From Tubiluchus corallicola (lineage: Eukaryota > Animalia > Priapulida), in the NCBI GenBank assembly GCA_030141605.1, contig JAQGDQ010000065.1, positions 434,001 through 498,000 of the forward strand: a DNA stretch of 64,000 bases, written 5' to 3'. Made by a program: the position numbers and the translations under genes. Below the pieces are notes generated by a model. It did no database searches, was not told the origin of the DNA, and saw nothing but the letters and a program-made list of their open reading frames with translations. Positions 13,534 to 25,129 of this stretch are shown in pieces; the first letter of the stretch is position 1; each line of letters starts with the position of its first letter.

Positions 13534-13990
13534 ATGGAAATTCCAGATGACGTGGAATCCGGGCGTCCGGATACTGCCGATAGTGAAGGTAGTTCGTACG
13601 TGTCGCGTGGTCAAAAGTGCAAAGCATATACACTTAAATTTATAGCGTTCCTCTTTTCCAACGTTGGACTAGTAGGTTTAGTTATTGGGTATTGTATAAT
13701 GGGGGCATTTTTGTTCATATGGTTAGAAGCGGATGAAGAAATTCGGAGAAAGGAACACATGCAACAACTGAGAAAGGACTACTCAGCAGAAATTGTTATG
13801 CAGCTCCGACAGTCCATGGACCATTCCGTGAACTGGAAAAACATCTTACAGGATAAATTAAAGCAATTTCAGGCGAATATTACTCAGTATATGACAAGTG
13901 CCGGCTTCGATGCTAGCGAGTCATTGGAGAATACTCAGTGGTCCTTCGTTGGTTCTATGCTTTACTGTGTGACGGTAGTAACGACAATAG
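13534..13990 (+). CDS. Two-pore-domain K+ channel (K2P, KCNK18/TRESK- or TWK-like), coding exon 1 (M1, cap, pore 1)
   Basis: ATG 13534 is the first in-frame ATG after stop TGA 13459-61. Translation gives M1 VGLVGLVIGYCIMGAFLFIWLE and pore helix WSFVGSMLYCVTVVTTIG; phase-1 donor G|GTGAG at 13990/13991 splits TIG^YG. Confidence 0.93.
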
Positions 13991-14654
13991 GTGAGAGTAC
14001 CCTACTTGCACATTAGTTAGCAACCTTAGAACATCACTTTGATTTTCTTTCGTAGTTCAATAGATAGTAATAAATGCTTTTTTTATGTCACTGTGTACAA
14101 GATACACTATCGTACTTTACTATTCTAACACGGCTTATTAAAAAATTCAGCTAGAAAGCTGTACAGCTAAATTTCTAACCTAACACATTAAATTAGCAAA
14201 GTTATTACTAAAGCAATAAGGTTTTTAAACAGTTAAAATAAATGAATATGGGTCACTGTGATAGGTAGGGTTTATCTAGCTTGTCAAGCACCAGTTTCCC
14301 TTCGGTTTGAAAATGAAAATGAATTTCAACTTTTTCTTATTATTAATGACGTTTCATTTTATTTGTCATTTTATAATCACTTCATTCAATGTACCCTATT
14401 AAGGTGTTTCAAAGGTGGTTCGTGGTCTGGGCATTCGGACATCCACTTGCTAAAAACGCGATCGTTATTGGATTCTTAAACGTTTTGGTTTTCTAGGTGT
14501 TTAGTGTCTTGTATCCCTGCCCACCTCCCCTGCGCTGCGTCTTTTAAAATTGAGCCGAATTTTTCAAAAATTTATATAAAGGCCTTCGTCCATAATCCAT
14601 TTTTGAGTTTGTTAGCGTCACTTAGAGAGCAGGGCTAATATTGAAGCTGGTGAT

Positions 14655-15360
14655 TAGGGTTACCACCACTCCTGATTTGGCTTGGAGTTTCCTGAAATTC
14701 AGTCATAGATTTGTGGTACGGTCGAAATTTTGAAAAATCCGAAATCTTCTGATTTCGACCGTCTCATTGAAATTTAAGTGTAAAAAAGAGGAAACACAAC
14801 TCGCATGCTATCGAAACTTGCAAAAGACAAAGCAAAAAAAACAGCCGAGTCTCTGTTCATTAAGGTAACTGTAAACTTATAAAATTAATCGATGGCACGG
14901 CTTCATCATTTCACTTCGTCTATATTTTTCGCTAGTTAATGCTCAAAATAAGTATTCTTCCGCTTTAGCTTTAATTCACATAACATAAGGTGCTTAATAA
15001 TTTGTTTGCTAAACCGATCCCAGCAACTGCAGAAAACGTGAGAAATGTGATTGGGAAGAAACTCCAAAATCTGATGTACAGTGCTTGTACTTTTGTAAGT
15101 TTAAGACTTTTGGGGCTTTTTGGAGTCTAAAGTCAAGAACTTTTTGGACTACTATGTACATTGAGTACTCTTGATTTTAGTTTCTGAAAAAGCCTCGTAA
15201 AACATCTAAAATGCCAGGCAGTGCTTCGTTTCCGTGGCCCGCTATGGGTCCCATCGGGGAAGCTTTGGTTTCCAGGATTCCGTTCTGGGCCCCATCGGGA
15301 AGCTTACAGGCCCTCTAGTTCTTGACTCCTGATTTCGGTTCATGACGCGTGGTAACCCTA
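14655..15360. mobile_element. Non-autonomous hAT element (MITE)
   Basis: 12-bp TIRs TAGGGTTACCAC / GTGGTAACCCTA; perfect 8-bp TSD CTGGTGAT at 14647-54 and 15361-68. Confidence 0.9.
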
Positions 15361-15475
15361 CTGGTGATGATACTTTTCCTGCAACTACAAATCATGCTAG
15401 TAGTTAATACGTTAATTTGTCGTTTCTTAATTATTTATATAGAATTTACTTTTGTGCAGCGCTACTCGACAGCTA
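15329..15475 (+). repeat. 147-bp direct repeat, left copy (right copy 16909-17055)
   Basis: Ungapped alignment at offset 1580 with 17 mismatches (~88%). Confidence 0.92.
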
Positions 15476-15479
15476 CCAA

Positions 15480-16908
15480 AAATAATATAATATATAATGA
15501 TAAAATGCTTTATTGCTGTTAAAATTACACGTCGTTGAACTGTAAACTACACATTCAAAAGTTGACAGTGTAACCAGTGTTTCCACTGCTGTGAGCAATA
15601 GCGTTAAAAATGAATTTACAATTAAAAACACAAGTGAGGTTGTAATTATTTACATTAAGAATTAAGACTCATTTAAGACTTTAAAACTTTACTATATTTA
15701 CAAATTGAAATTGAAATTAGGTGTTTTATGGATGTTTTGTGTTAGTGACTTGAGTGTTTTGTGTGTGGTGGGTTTTAATTTGTTGATATGATGTTAATGC
15801 ATGACAGGTTTTGATATGCCACTAACAGCAGACTACTGGGTGAACGTTGATAATACGTGTTGTTTGATGTTTTCATATTAGTTACTTTTTAAAGGCTAGT
15901 ATAGTATTTTTCAGTTCATTTTTTATTTTTTTAGAGTCACTGCAGATTTTACAGTGAGCAAGCATTCCATGTATTTATTGCCGTTTTGCAGACTGGATTG
16001 TGTCCATATTTATTAATCGTGTTTATTTGATTTATGTTGTGTGTTCTTTGGTTTAGTGTTTTTTCGATATCGGGAAGCTGATTGGCACTGAAAGCTGGCA
16101 TCAATCGTTTAAATATTTATAAAGAAAAATTAGTGAATGGAATTGGAAACTGTATTCTACAGTGGGTATTTTTAGTTTTTCCCTGTTCGCTGTGATTGAA
16201 TATTTTGCTCTTGTTGTGAAATCAAGGACATGTTTGAAAGCGTAATTTTGGGTCAGTTGTAGCCTGTTTAAAGAAGTTTTAGATGTATTTGAAAGTAAGT
16301 GGCAGCCATACGTTAAGTGGGGCAAGATCATGGTTTTACATATTAGTAGTTTTGTTTTTTACCTTGAGTTGTCCTTTAATTTATTTCAAGAATGAAGTAC
16401 CTTGGCCCATTTTTTTGAATAATAGTTTTTATTTGGTTTTTCCAGTTAAGATTTTTGTCTACATCTGTGCCTAGAAATTTAGTTGTGGTTCATTGAGAAA
16501 TTGTTTTTTTTTCAAAAATATTTAAAGTTATTTCATTTGTATTTAAAAATATATTTGTAGTATATCTTGGTATTAGAAGCATGAAAGTTTTTTCTCGGTT
16601 GATCTTAAGTTGATGATAATCGAGAATACTAGTTGTGATGTTAGTATCATCGGCGTATTGTACGTTACGGCAGTTGCTTATTATATTTGAGATATCGTTT
16701 ATGTATACGATAAATAGCAGTGGGCCTAGAATTGTGTCTTGAGGTACTCCATTAATAGTATTGCCCCAATTTGAGTATATGTTGTTACTTTAACCCTTTG
16801 TTTTCTGGTAGATAAATATCTTGAATAGGTTTCCCTGTGTGTGACAGGCTGTCAAAAGCCTTGCTCAAATCAAGAAAGCAGAAGCTGTGTATTCATTGTT
16901 GTTTAAGA
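15480..16908 (-). mobile_element. 5'-truncated CR1/L2-group LINE, family A (RT, 3' UTR)
   Basis: LDLSKAFD, VPQDTILGPLLF, QYADDT ~16650; MILPHLTYGC...QNYA resembles 2230-2315; AATAAA tail ~15510. Confidence 0.85.
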
Positions 16909-17055
16909 CTGACTTCGGTTCATGACAGGTAGTAACGCTACTGGTGATGGTACTTTTTCTGCAACTATAAACCGTGCTAGTAGTTTATACGTTAAATTGT
17001 CGTTTCTTATTCATTTATATAGCATTTACTTTTGTGCAGCGCTACTCGTAAGCTA
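16909..17055 (+). repeat. 147-bp direct repeat, right copy
   Basis: Matches 15329-15475, including a degenerate copy of the hAT right TIR and its TSD. Confidence 0.92.
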
Positions 17056-19774
17056 TCGACAGAAGCTGTGTTATGTGACAAAGGCTGTGTTATGTCATAT
17101 CAGACAAGATGACTCGTACTTTATCTAACTGTTATAGTAGCTTTCAGGTCAAACGCATTTTGCTGTTGCATTTTACGAATTTTTATGTTTCAGCGCTTTG
17201 GTCCACCTTTACTGTTGGACCAAAGCGCTGAAAGATAAAAATGGTAGTTTTAGACACACAGAAGTTGATTACAATAAAGAAACACACGTGGTTTTTAGAC
17301 AACCTTGTGATTGTTCTGCCAGAAGCATGTGTCTTAAACTCAAGGTGACCTATCTTGACGTTGTTTTGCGGAAAAAATATTTACAGTCTAAAAATGCGTT
17401 TCATTAATAGCGGCAATACTTTGATAAGTCAAATTTTTAACAGTAATTGTTTCTTTCTATCTGAAATCAATCAATATTGGACAAATCAATTATATACAAA
17501 CGCCTATTAATTTTACATCTATGTACATGATTTTGTAAATCTGTAAGTAATTTTATTGTACTAGTGTGTGATGTAGTTATTTTTATTGTACATATGTAAT
17601 TGTGGTTTTTATTGTGTATATGTTCTAATACACAATATCTTTATACATACACGATATCTTTATCGTGTATCTTTATCGTGTTCTGATACACGATATCTTT
17701 ATCTTATTTAACTGCAGTCATGATTTATATTTAGGCTGGAACTTGTACAATAAGTTTACATTCTTAATAATAAAATTTTGAACTCCCCGTGTCTGCAAAA
17801 CTAGAAAATGATGTTTTTAAATTTTCTAATGCAACTGAGTTTGTTTATTAGTGTAATCAGTGAAGCACTGGGGTTTATTTGACATTAGTTTTAATTATGT
17901 CATTACGCATGTTTATGTACATTAGGCAATGATGTAGGCATTTCTTCTCAGGCAGAGGGCGATCTAGTCTCTCAACGTCACATCACTTGACAGCTCAAAG
18001 TGAAAATGTAGCAACATGTAGCTTACTAACAATCAGTAAGTTCCGTTCGAATGTCCTCTTCGTGGAGGGTGTAATGACGCCAACCCCAATAAAAATATTA
18101 GGACATTCAATTATAAGTACCAACAAAAGTACTAAAATAAAAGTAAGTAAAAATACTCATGGAAGTATAAAAGAACATTTTAAATAAAAATAAATAAAAC
18201 TGGATTTTATAAGTGTATTATTTTATTGTAAATAGTTTAGCATGCTGATTGTTTTAATGTACGTCGGTGGTAATGGCTTCTGCTGTTTTGTTTTGCTAAA
18301 ATCGACAATGAATAAGTTTTAATCTAATATATCCTTCGTAAAAGCAATCGAGAATTTTTTTAAACATTTTAAATAGTAGCTGTCGGAAATAAATTGCAAT
18401 AAAGTTCTTCCCCTGTTATACCTAAATGAAAACTTAAAAGTGAGTAAATAATTCGGTTATAAGCTCCAAGCTAAGTAACCTTTTCGAAGCAATTGGCGCC
18501 AAGACTAGCGTTTACGGCAGTTTGCAATATCGACAGTGGCGGCCACACATTTGCGAATGAACTAGGCGTGTCGTAACTTCTAATAAATAAAATGCTATTT
18601 TTAAAATTAATTAATACGGTAAACTTTTACTTGATGGACTTTAACCATGCTTTGACCAGCTGCTTTCTGTGTGTGCAACATTTTTCTGAAATTTCCCGGT
18701 AGTCTACATGCTTCAGGCCAGCTGAGTTGAAACAAGTCGCCGCGGCAAGTTTCAGTAATTATTTTTTCTTTGGATTATAACCAGAGAATTCTGTCATCGA
18801 GTCTCTATGGACACTTCAAACACCAAGCGGGTCTCTTAAGCCGGACTCTACGACTTGCCTCTGATTGTTTACCAGCATTAATGCTGCATGTACTGAGAGG
18901 AATTGTCAATATTCTGGCATATTTTTATATCGTATTTGGTGAACAAGCAGTCGTGTGATGCACCATAAATTTTATGGCAAGAAAACAGCCACAAGCGCAA
19001 GGGCTGCCAACCTGCAACAAGATATAGTTCACAGTAAAACAAATGCGTTGAAATTTTAATTATGTTATTACAAGAAGAAAATAAGGCAATCGCTTGAGAA
19101 TTACGCTGTGTGGTCACCTTCTTAAAGGAAGACAAGGATGACTTTTCATATACTACCCCATTTTCAAGTCCGACAAAAAATATGCATTTTAACACGATTT
19201 AACACTATTTAACATATAAAAGCGTTTCTGATAATAAAATAATAGATTAAAAACTTAATGAACGGCAGGCGACCCAACTAATAACGACATCACAAACTAA
19301 CATAATTTTCAACAGCAAAAATATTCTACCACCGTGCTGCACGTGTTTGCGAAAGCAAAAATTGAAGTACAGTGCTACTGTAAGATATTCAGTGTGTTGT
19401 ACTAAAACTAGGTATGTTTTAAGATGAAAACCTAAATTTCAAATTTACCTCTGTGCTCACGCATGAGCTGTCGAACGTGTGTAGTTTGTCAGAAACTAAT
19501 TTCACGCAAGTCATTTTTGAAAAAATAGTATGTTCCCTTTCAATATTTTAAAAAGTATGTTGTTTTGACCTACAGTTTAAGATTGGGTCCGGTTTTGCTT
19601 TAAGGTCCTGGCTTTCCCCGGGCCATGGTCGTCGGCACTTTTTGACATCCATGAAAACGTCGCTATTTTGTTCAGCAGCAAAACTTAAGCTTAAGCGAAT
19701 GCTGTTGGCCGGAGTTTAAGGTTTGAAAGTTCTCAGATTCGAGAAAGGCTTCACTTTTCAGATTCACTTTGAAA

Positions 19775-19901
<127 letters not shown>

Positions 19902-20960
19902 AACGCTTTTTATTGTGGTAAATTTCCTATATTTGCAAAGGAAAGTGTGTTAATGCAAGTACATTATCGTTGTTAAAACAAAACGTCCGCCTGAAAATTA
20001 AACTGGATTTACGCTGTTTTTTAGTGACGTCAGCGAAACGATTACATTTTACTGATGACTGGAAAAATAAGATCCATTTTTTTTAATTTTACTGATAGAA
20101 CTGAGGAGATCGAGATATCAATAATCAAACAGAAACACATAATTAATCTATAATTCATTTTAATTATGACAATATGGAAATACATCGAAAAAGTGTCAGC
20201 AGGCAACGGATGTTAAAATGAAGATCGATGAACGATGTCGCAAAGTACACAAAGTACTTATTGTGGTTAACCGTTAAGCAGTAAATCGACTAAAAATTTT
20301 CTGCTAGAATTTACGAGCGCTACTTGGAGCGAGAAGGCACGCAGATAAAGCATCTTCTCGTTTGTTAGTTTCGAGTGACGCCTGTGCTATTTTTTGTTTA
20401 CGCTTTAATGACTTTATTTCAATCGATTTTCTGCTTGGAAAGTAACTTGCAGTTAAATATTATCCGTGCCAAAAAATATGTGAGCTTGCTCCGGCGCTTC
20501 CAAAACCTGTTTCCAATAAATTTTCCGTTTTAAAGTGCAACATTCCATAACTGTTCTCATAAATTGGTTATAATTAAACCATTCAGAGAGTTTGTAACTT
20601 AAGTAAAAAGTCATGCAAATGATGTTTATATACGATGTACGTTATTTCTTTCAAATATAGTTTATTAGGCTCGGATTAACAATTTTACAACTCATCGCGT
20701 GATCCTCCCACAATGACATTAAATTAAATTTTAGATCGAAATAAACGTAACAAATTATGTAAATGACGGTTATGATGTCAAACCTAAGAACAATTAATTG
20801 ACGTAACACCTTTCTCAACTTAGCTGGCAGTAAACGATATCATTAATTAGATTATGATTGTGACTGTCAGTGTGTTTATAAACTATTGTTGTTTATTTTT
20901 AACAATTATTACCCATTGCGAGTAATGAGTTGAGAAAGAACGAAGACTCAGAAAAATTGT

Positions 20961-21030
20961 TGACTATTTGGGATTTGAACCCGAGATCTGGGATTTGTAC
21001 ATCCATCTCTGCAACTGAGCTACTACGTCA
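20961..21030 (-). pseudogene. tRNA-derived SINE head or tRNA pseudogene
   Basis: Minus strand has A-box TAGCTCAGTTG and B-box GGGTTCAAATCCC with tRNA-like spacing; acceptor and anticodon stems are poor. Confidence 0.55.
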
Positions 21031-21064
21031 ATATGACAGAGCAGGAATGAGATGTCCTCCTTGT

Positions 21065-22070
21065 AGGCTGGCAGTTCTGTACGGTACGAAATTAAGGTAT
21101 TTTTCCGTGCCGTTTCCTCTTCTTTTCCGTACCGTTTGACACAGCTTCTTGTAGCCCTTTCATTGGTCAGCAACGCAGCATGACGACTTGATATGCTAAT
21201 GAGTGGACTTATTGTTCTCCCCTAATTATTACAGAGTACAGGGCACGCAAACAAAACAGCTACATTGGTTCGTTTTGGGTGCAAAAACGGCAAGTTGTTT
21301 ATAAGCGCCAGTTATCATTTTCCGTAAATTACGTTGGGTATTTTGTTTCCCATGTTCATGTAACAGCGATATTTTAACTGCTATTTCTGACTGTTGACAT
21401 GTTGTATGGCGATCTATGCAGAACAGCAACGACTTATTAACTGCATATTACCTGAATTAAATGTTTGCTTTGCCGATAAAAGAAATTCCAAACTTACCTG
21501 CCTTATTAACATGCGTGGCCACAGCGTTTAGTAACTATGCATTTTTTCTGTATGGCGTGCAGGTAAAGTTATCTAGCTCAAGGTATATTTATGCTAGATT
21601 GTTCCTTCAGTTGAAGTGCGTTCTACGTTTTTCTATAAAGCTGCATATAACTTATAATATAACTATTGTTGTATTATGATTTATGATTATAGTTACAGGT
21701 GTTTTAAGCAAGACACTAAATTTGAATTAACTCTAGAACTTTGTCAGTAGTGCCAGATGTAATTTAAGACAGCCAGAACTGAAAACTAGTTAATAGGCCT
21801 AACTCATTCTTGTTACCACGTAATTATCAATTAAATAAAAAGCAGCTGAAGCTAAATTTATATCTCCTGCATAATTATGTAATTTTTGTAGCCTAAAATG
21901 GTATAGAATTTCAAACTGAATAGTACATAAATAGCATGGAATTGATAAATTAATCGAGTTTTTAGTTAGTTTTTACGCCTCTTACAATAGATCCGTCATG
22001 CAGTTGATACGGAATTTGGTACGGAATTACAGTATGGTATTTTTTTCGTACCGTACAATCCTGCTAGTTT
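21065..22070. mobile_element. Degenerate MITE-like element with imperfect long TIRs
   Basis: ctggcagttctgtacggtacgaaa...gcatgacg (21067-21190) is inverted against cgtcatgc...tttcgtaccgtacaatcctgctag (21994-22067). Confidence 0.5.
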
Positions 22071-22919
22071 TGTTTGTAGCACACAATCGAATGCGCCACT
22101 ATACACATGCTAGTAGGGGATCAATGGTATGGTATCAATATTTTTCTCAAATTAATTGGCAGTCAACGATATCATTATTTAATTAGATCATGACTGTGAT
22201 TGCGGTTTATTTTCAACAATTATTACCCATTGCGGGTAATAGCTTCACATGTGGAAAGCACGATTGAGATGTTTGATTTAGCATGTTGACATAGCTTCAA
22301 TTCATCTTTTGTTGCGGATGCTATACCTCTGTCAATCTATTGTGATAGGTGAACGTATCTAAATAAACGGATTTTGATATGTAGTTAGGTTGGCAGGTAT
22401 AGGTAGGTAGGCAGGAAGACACCGGAAAAGCGAGCAGTTGGGCAGGTAGATGAATAGATAGACATAGATAATCGCTAATGTACGAACTGCGAGGTAAGCA
22501 GCCCGCGTGTAAGTTGTCTAATGCCATGTAACTTAATCACTTAACCGTAACTTTATCCCCGTTGAGGAGACAAGCAAGTATGGATATTGTACAGCGTGTT
22601 GACTGGAGGTTTTATTTGTCTTGGGCAGCTAAATAAATTAGAATATGATCATGTTGCCATCAAGACACTGTTGAGCGATCACTTCAAATCGATTAAGGTA
22701 AACTTATTGTTGATCACTTCCAAAATCCTATGATCGCACGAGTATAGAAGCATAGTTGAATATCTCATTTTCTCGCGAAAGTAACAGCTTATTAATGAAT
22801 TTTACTACAAACTTAAGTATAAAAGCAAACAAATTCAAATATAAACAAATGCATTTTGAATTTTGCAACTGAAAGTTGCAAAATCGGCAAATAACTGAAG
22901 AGAATGAGAGAGAGCAGAC

Positions 22920-23108
<189 letters not shown>

Positions 23109-24547
23109 TGTCCCGGGGTTCGACCCGGTAGATAGCCTTACGGCCCGCAATCGGTGATGCGGGTAAGCGCTGCATAACGGACACTCCAGAAATTTAAAAA
23201 AAAGAAACAACAAAACCAAAACTTAGAATTCAAAGGGACGGCTGAGAAGAACACACAATAGAAAAAAACCTGATGACAATGCTTCAAACCTTACGGAATC
23301 CACGACACTCGGCAGGCAGACAGGAGAAGTGCATTCCACGACAACCAGAAAGACAACTGACGATGTCACGTGTTCGTTCTTTCTACCAGAAACCACTGCT
23401 CAACCAATCGCAGGTAATGTTATGGGCTTCCTAGTTTAAAGTGGAGGTCATAATTTTACCTGTAGGTTGGTTGGCCTGGTGCCTATGAATAGAACTGTAC
23501 AATGCACTTTCACCTACTTAGCTCATAATCCTCCCCCCACTCTCGACCGTCCTGGTCAAGCACATAGTAGGAGGTCGGTATGAGATATCCTACCGAGATC
23601 TGATTCAGCCAGATTAGCAATGTCATTAAGTGTAAACAGCGACACAAAATACACGTCCCATTTATTAAAAAAATGTTTACCAGCAGAACTACCTAAGTGA
23701 CACAGCACTAGATAGCCTGAACAGTTACATAGTTTTTTGTGGGCTGCACGTCGTACAATGTTCTGGCAAGTTCCACAGCTACTTAGTGCTATAAATGAAA
23801 GAGGCCTCGATGTACGTTTACTAATTGTTATGCATGTACATGAAAAGAGTTTTTCTTCATTAAAGAGAATACATGATAAAAAAATAAATGTGATCGAATC
23901 CAAAATAAATTTGTACAAGTTCTCACAATAATGACAGTAATAACTGATAACTAAGAATACTAAATTTAAATCTGCAGCACTCTCGTAGTCTCAGAATGGT
24001 AAAAGCCTCATCCGCCGAGGTAGCAATGCTGACGCATCAACCTGCGTGTGATGTGAAGCGAGTTACCAGCTACACGCAGTTATAAGGGAATATTGAGAAA
24101 CACGTATGTAGTTGTTTTCCTTCTATCGTGAATGCCTAGCAAACACAGAGCTTAAGCATTCGAAATTAAGGTTACAAGTAATACCGAATATCCCGAGCTT
24201 CTTGATCAAAACAAGAAATTACTAGGAGCTCTAAATTGATGCTTGAAATTCCATAAACTAAACAGGCTGATCAAGCAAGCGTAAGCATCGAAGTATTTTT
24301 TAAACAACAATGAAAAACGAAAAGTTTAGCTACTTGCTAAGCAAATCCATAACAATGCATTGCGCTTGGATTATGTACAACGCTTCAATAAAAGTGTAAA
24401 AAAACGTAGTATCGTTAACAAAATGAAGCCACGTCCACTTTCAGAAGATAAAAGAAAATGTGCCTTACCAATTATAATGAATTCTACAGACATAAACGAG
24501 GGTTGTCAGTTGTCTAGAAGATTCGTCTGCCTGCCACAAGGGTGACA
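23109..24547. mobile_element. LTR-like interspersed repeat (~1.4 kb), uninterrupted copy
   Basis: Starts TGTCCCGGGG; candidate ends GGTGACA 24547 or GGGGTACA 24587; homologous to the split copy 2976-4103 + 10770-10877; no TSD seen. Confidence 0.55.
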
Positions 24548-25129
24548 ACGGACTAAGTGTCGTGTGGTAAGCTAAAAAGGGGTACAATCAACAAAAAGCA
24601 TAATCACGAACAAAATTGCGATCTCCACTATTCAACTGTTCAGTTCGATGAAGAAAGTTATTTCAACACTGCAATTAAATGTCAATTACTTGTTGCATAC
24701 TAGCACAGTGACACTCAACAAGTTTAATAAAGCTGTTTCATCGTTAAATTATTCAATGTATTTGTGCAGCCATTATCTCCCGAGAGATGATGCTTGGACA
24801 AATAAATAAAAAAATAGCTCAATTTTGAAAATAAGCATTTGAGCACAATAAAAAATCAGTTGTTTTTACTTGGACAAAACAGATCTTTGCTCAAAGAAAC
24901 GTCATTTCTGAACAATAATTCTACAATTTTTGAAAAAAAAACGAGTGACAAGTTTTTTTTTAAACGTCTCACAGAGTTTCACTCTTACATTTTAAAACAA
25001 TACTGGGAAAAACATATGCAAATAACTTCAATAATGGCTGAAAATAAATCATAAATTACAATCATAATTTACAGCTACAAGTGTAATTCATAATGGCTGA
25101 AAATAAACATCGATTAGCGTCATTCTAAT

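Noticed and set aside
23265-23330. CTGATGA hammerhead-ribozyme core
   Set aside because: No stem II followed by GAAA; other CTGATGA hits are YADD codons or unstructured.
23109-24547. LTR-like repeat as the 3' LTR of the adjacent Gypsy
   Set aside because: No polypurine tract at the junction, ~600 bp of unrelated sequence between them and no matching LTR at the gag end.
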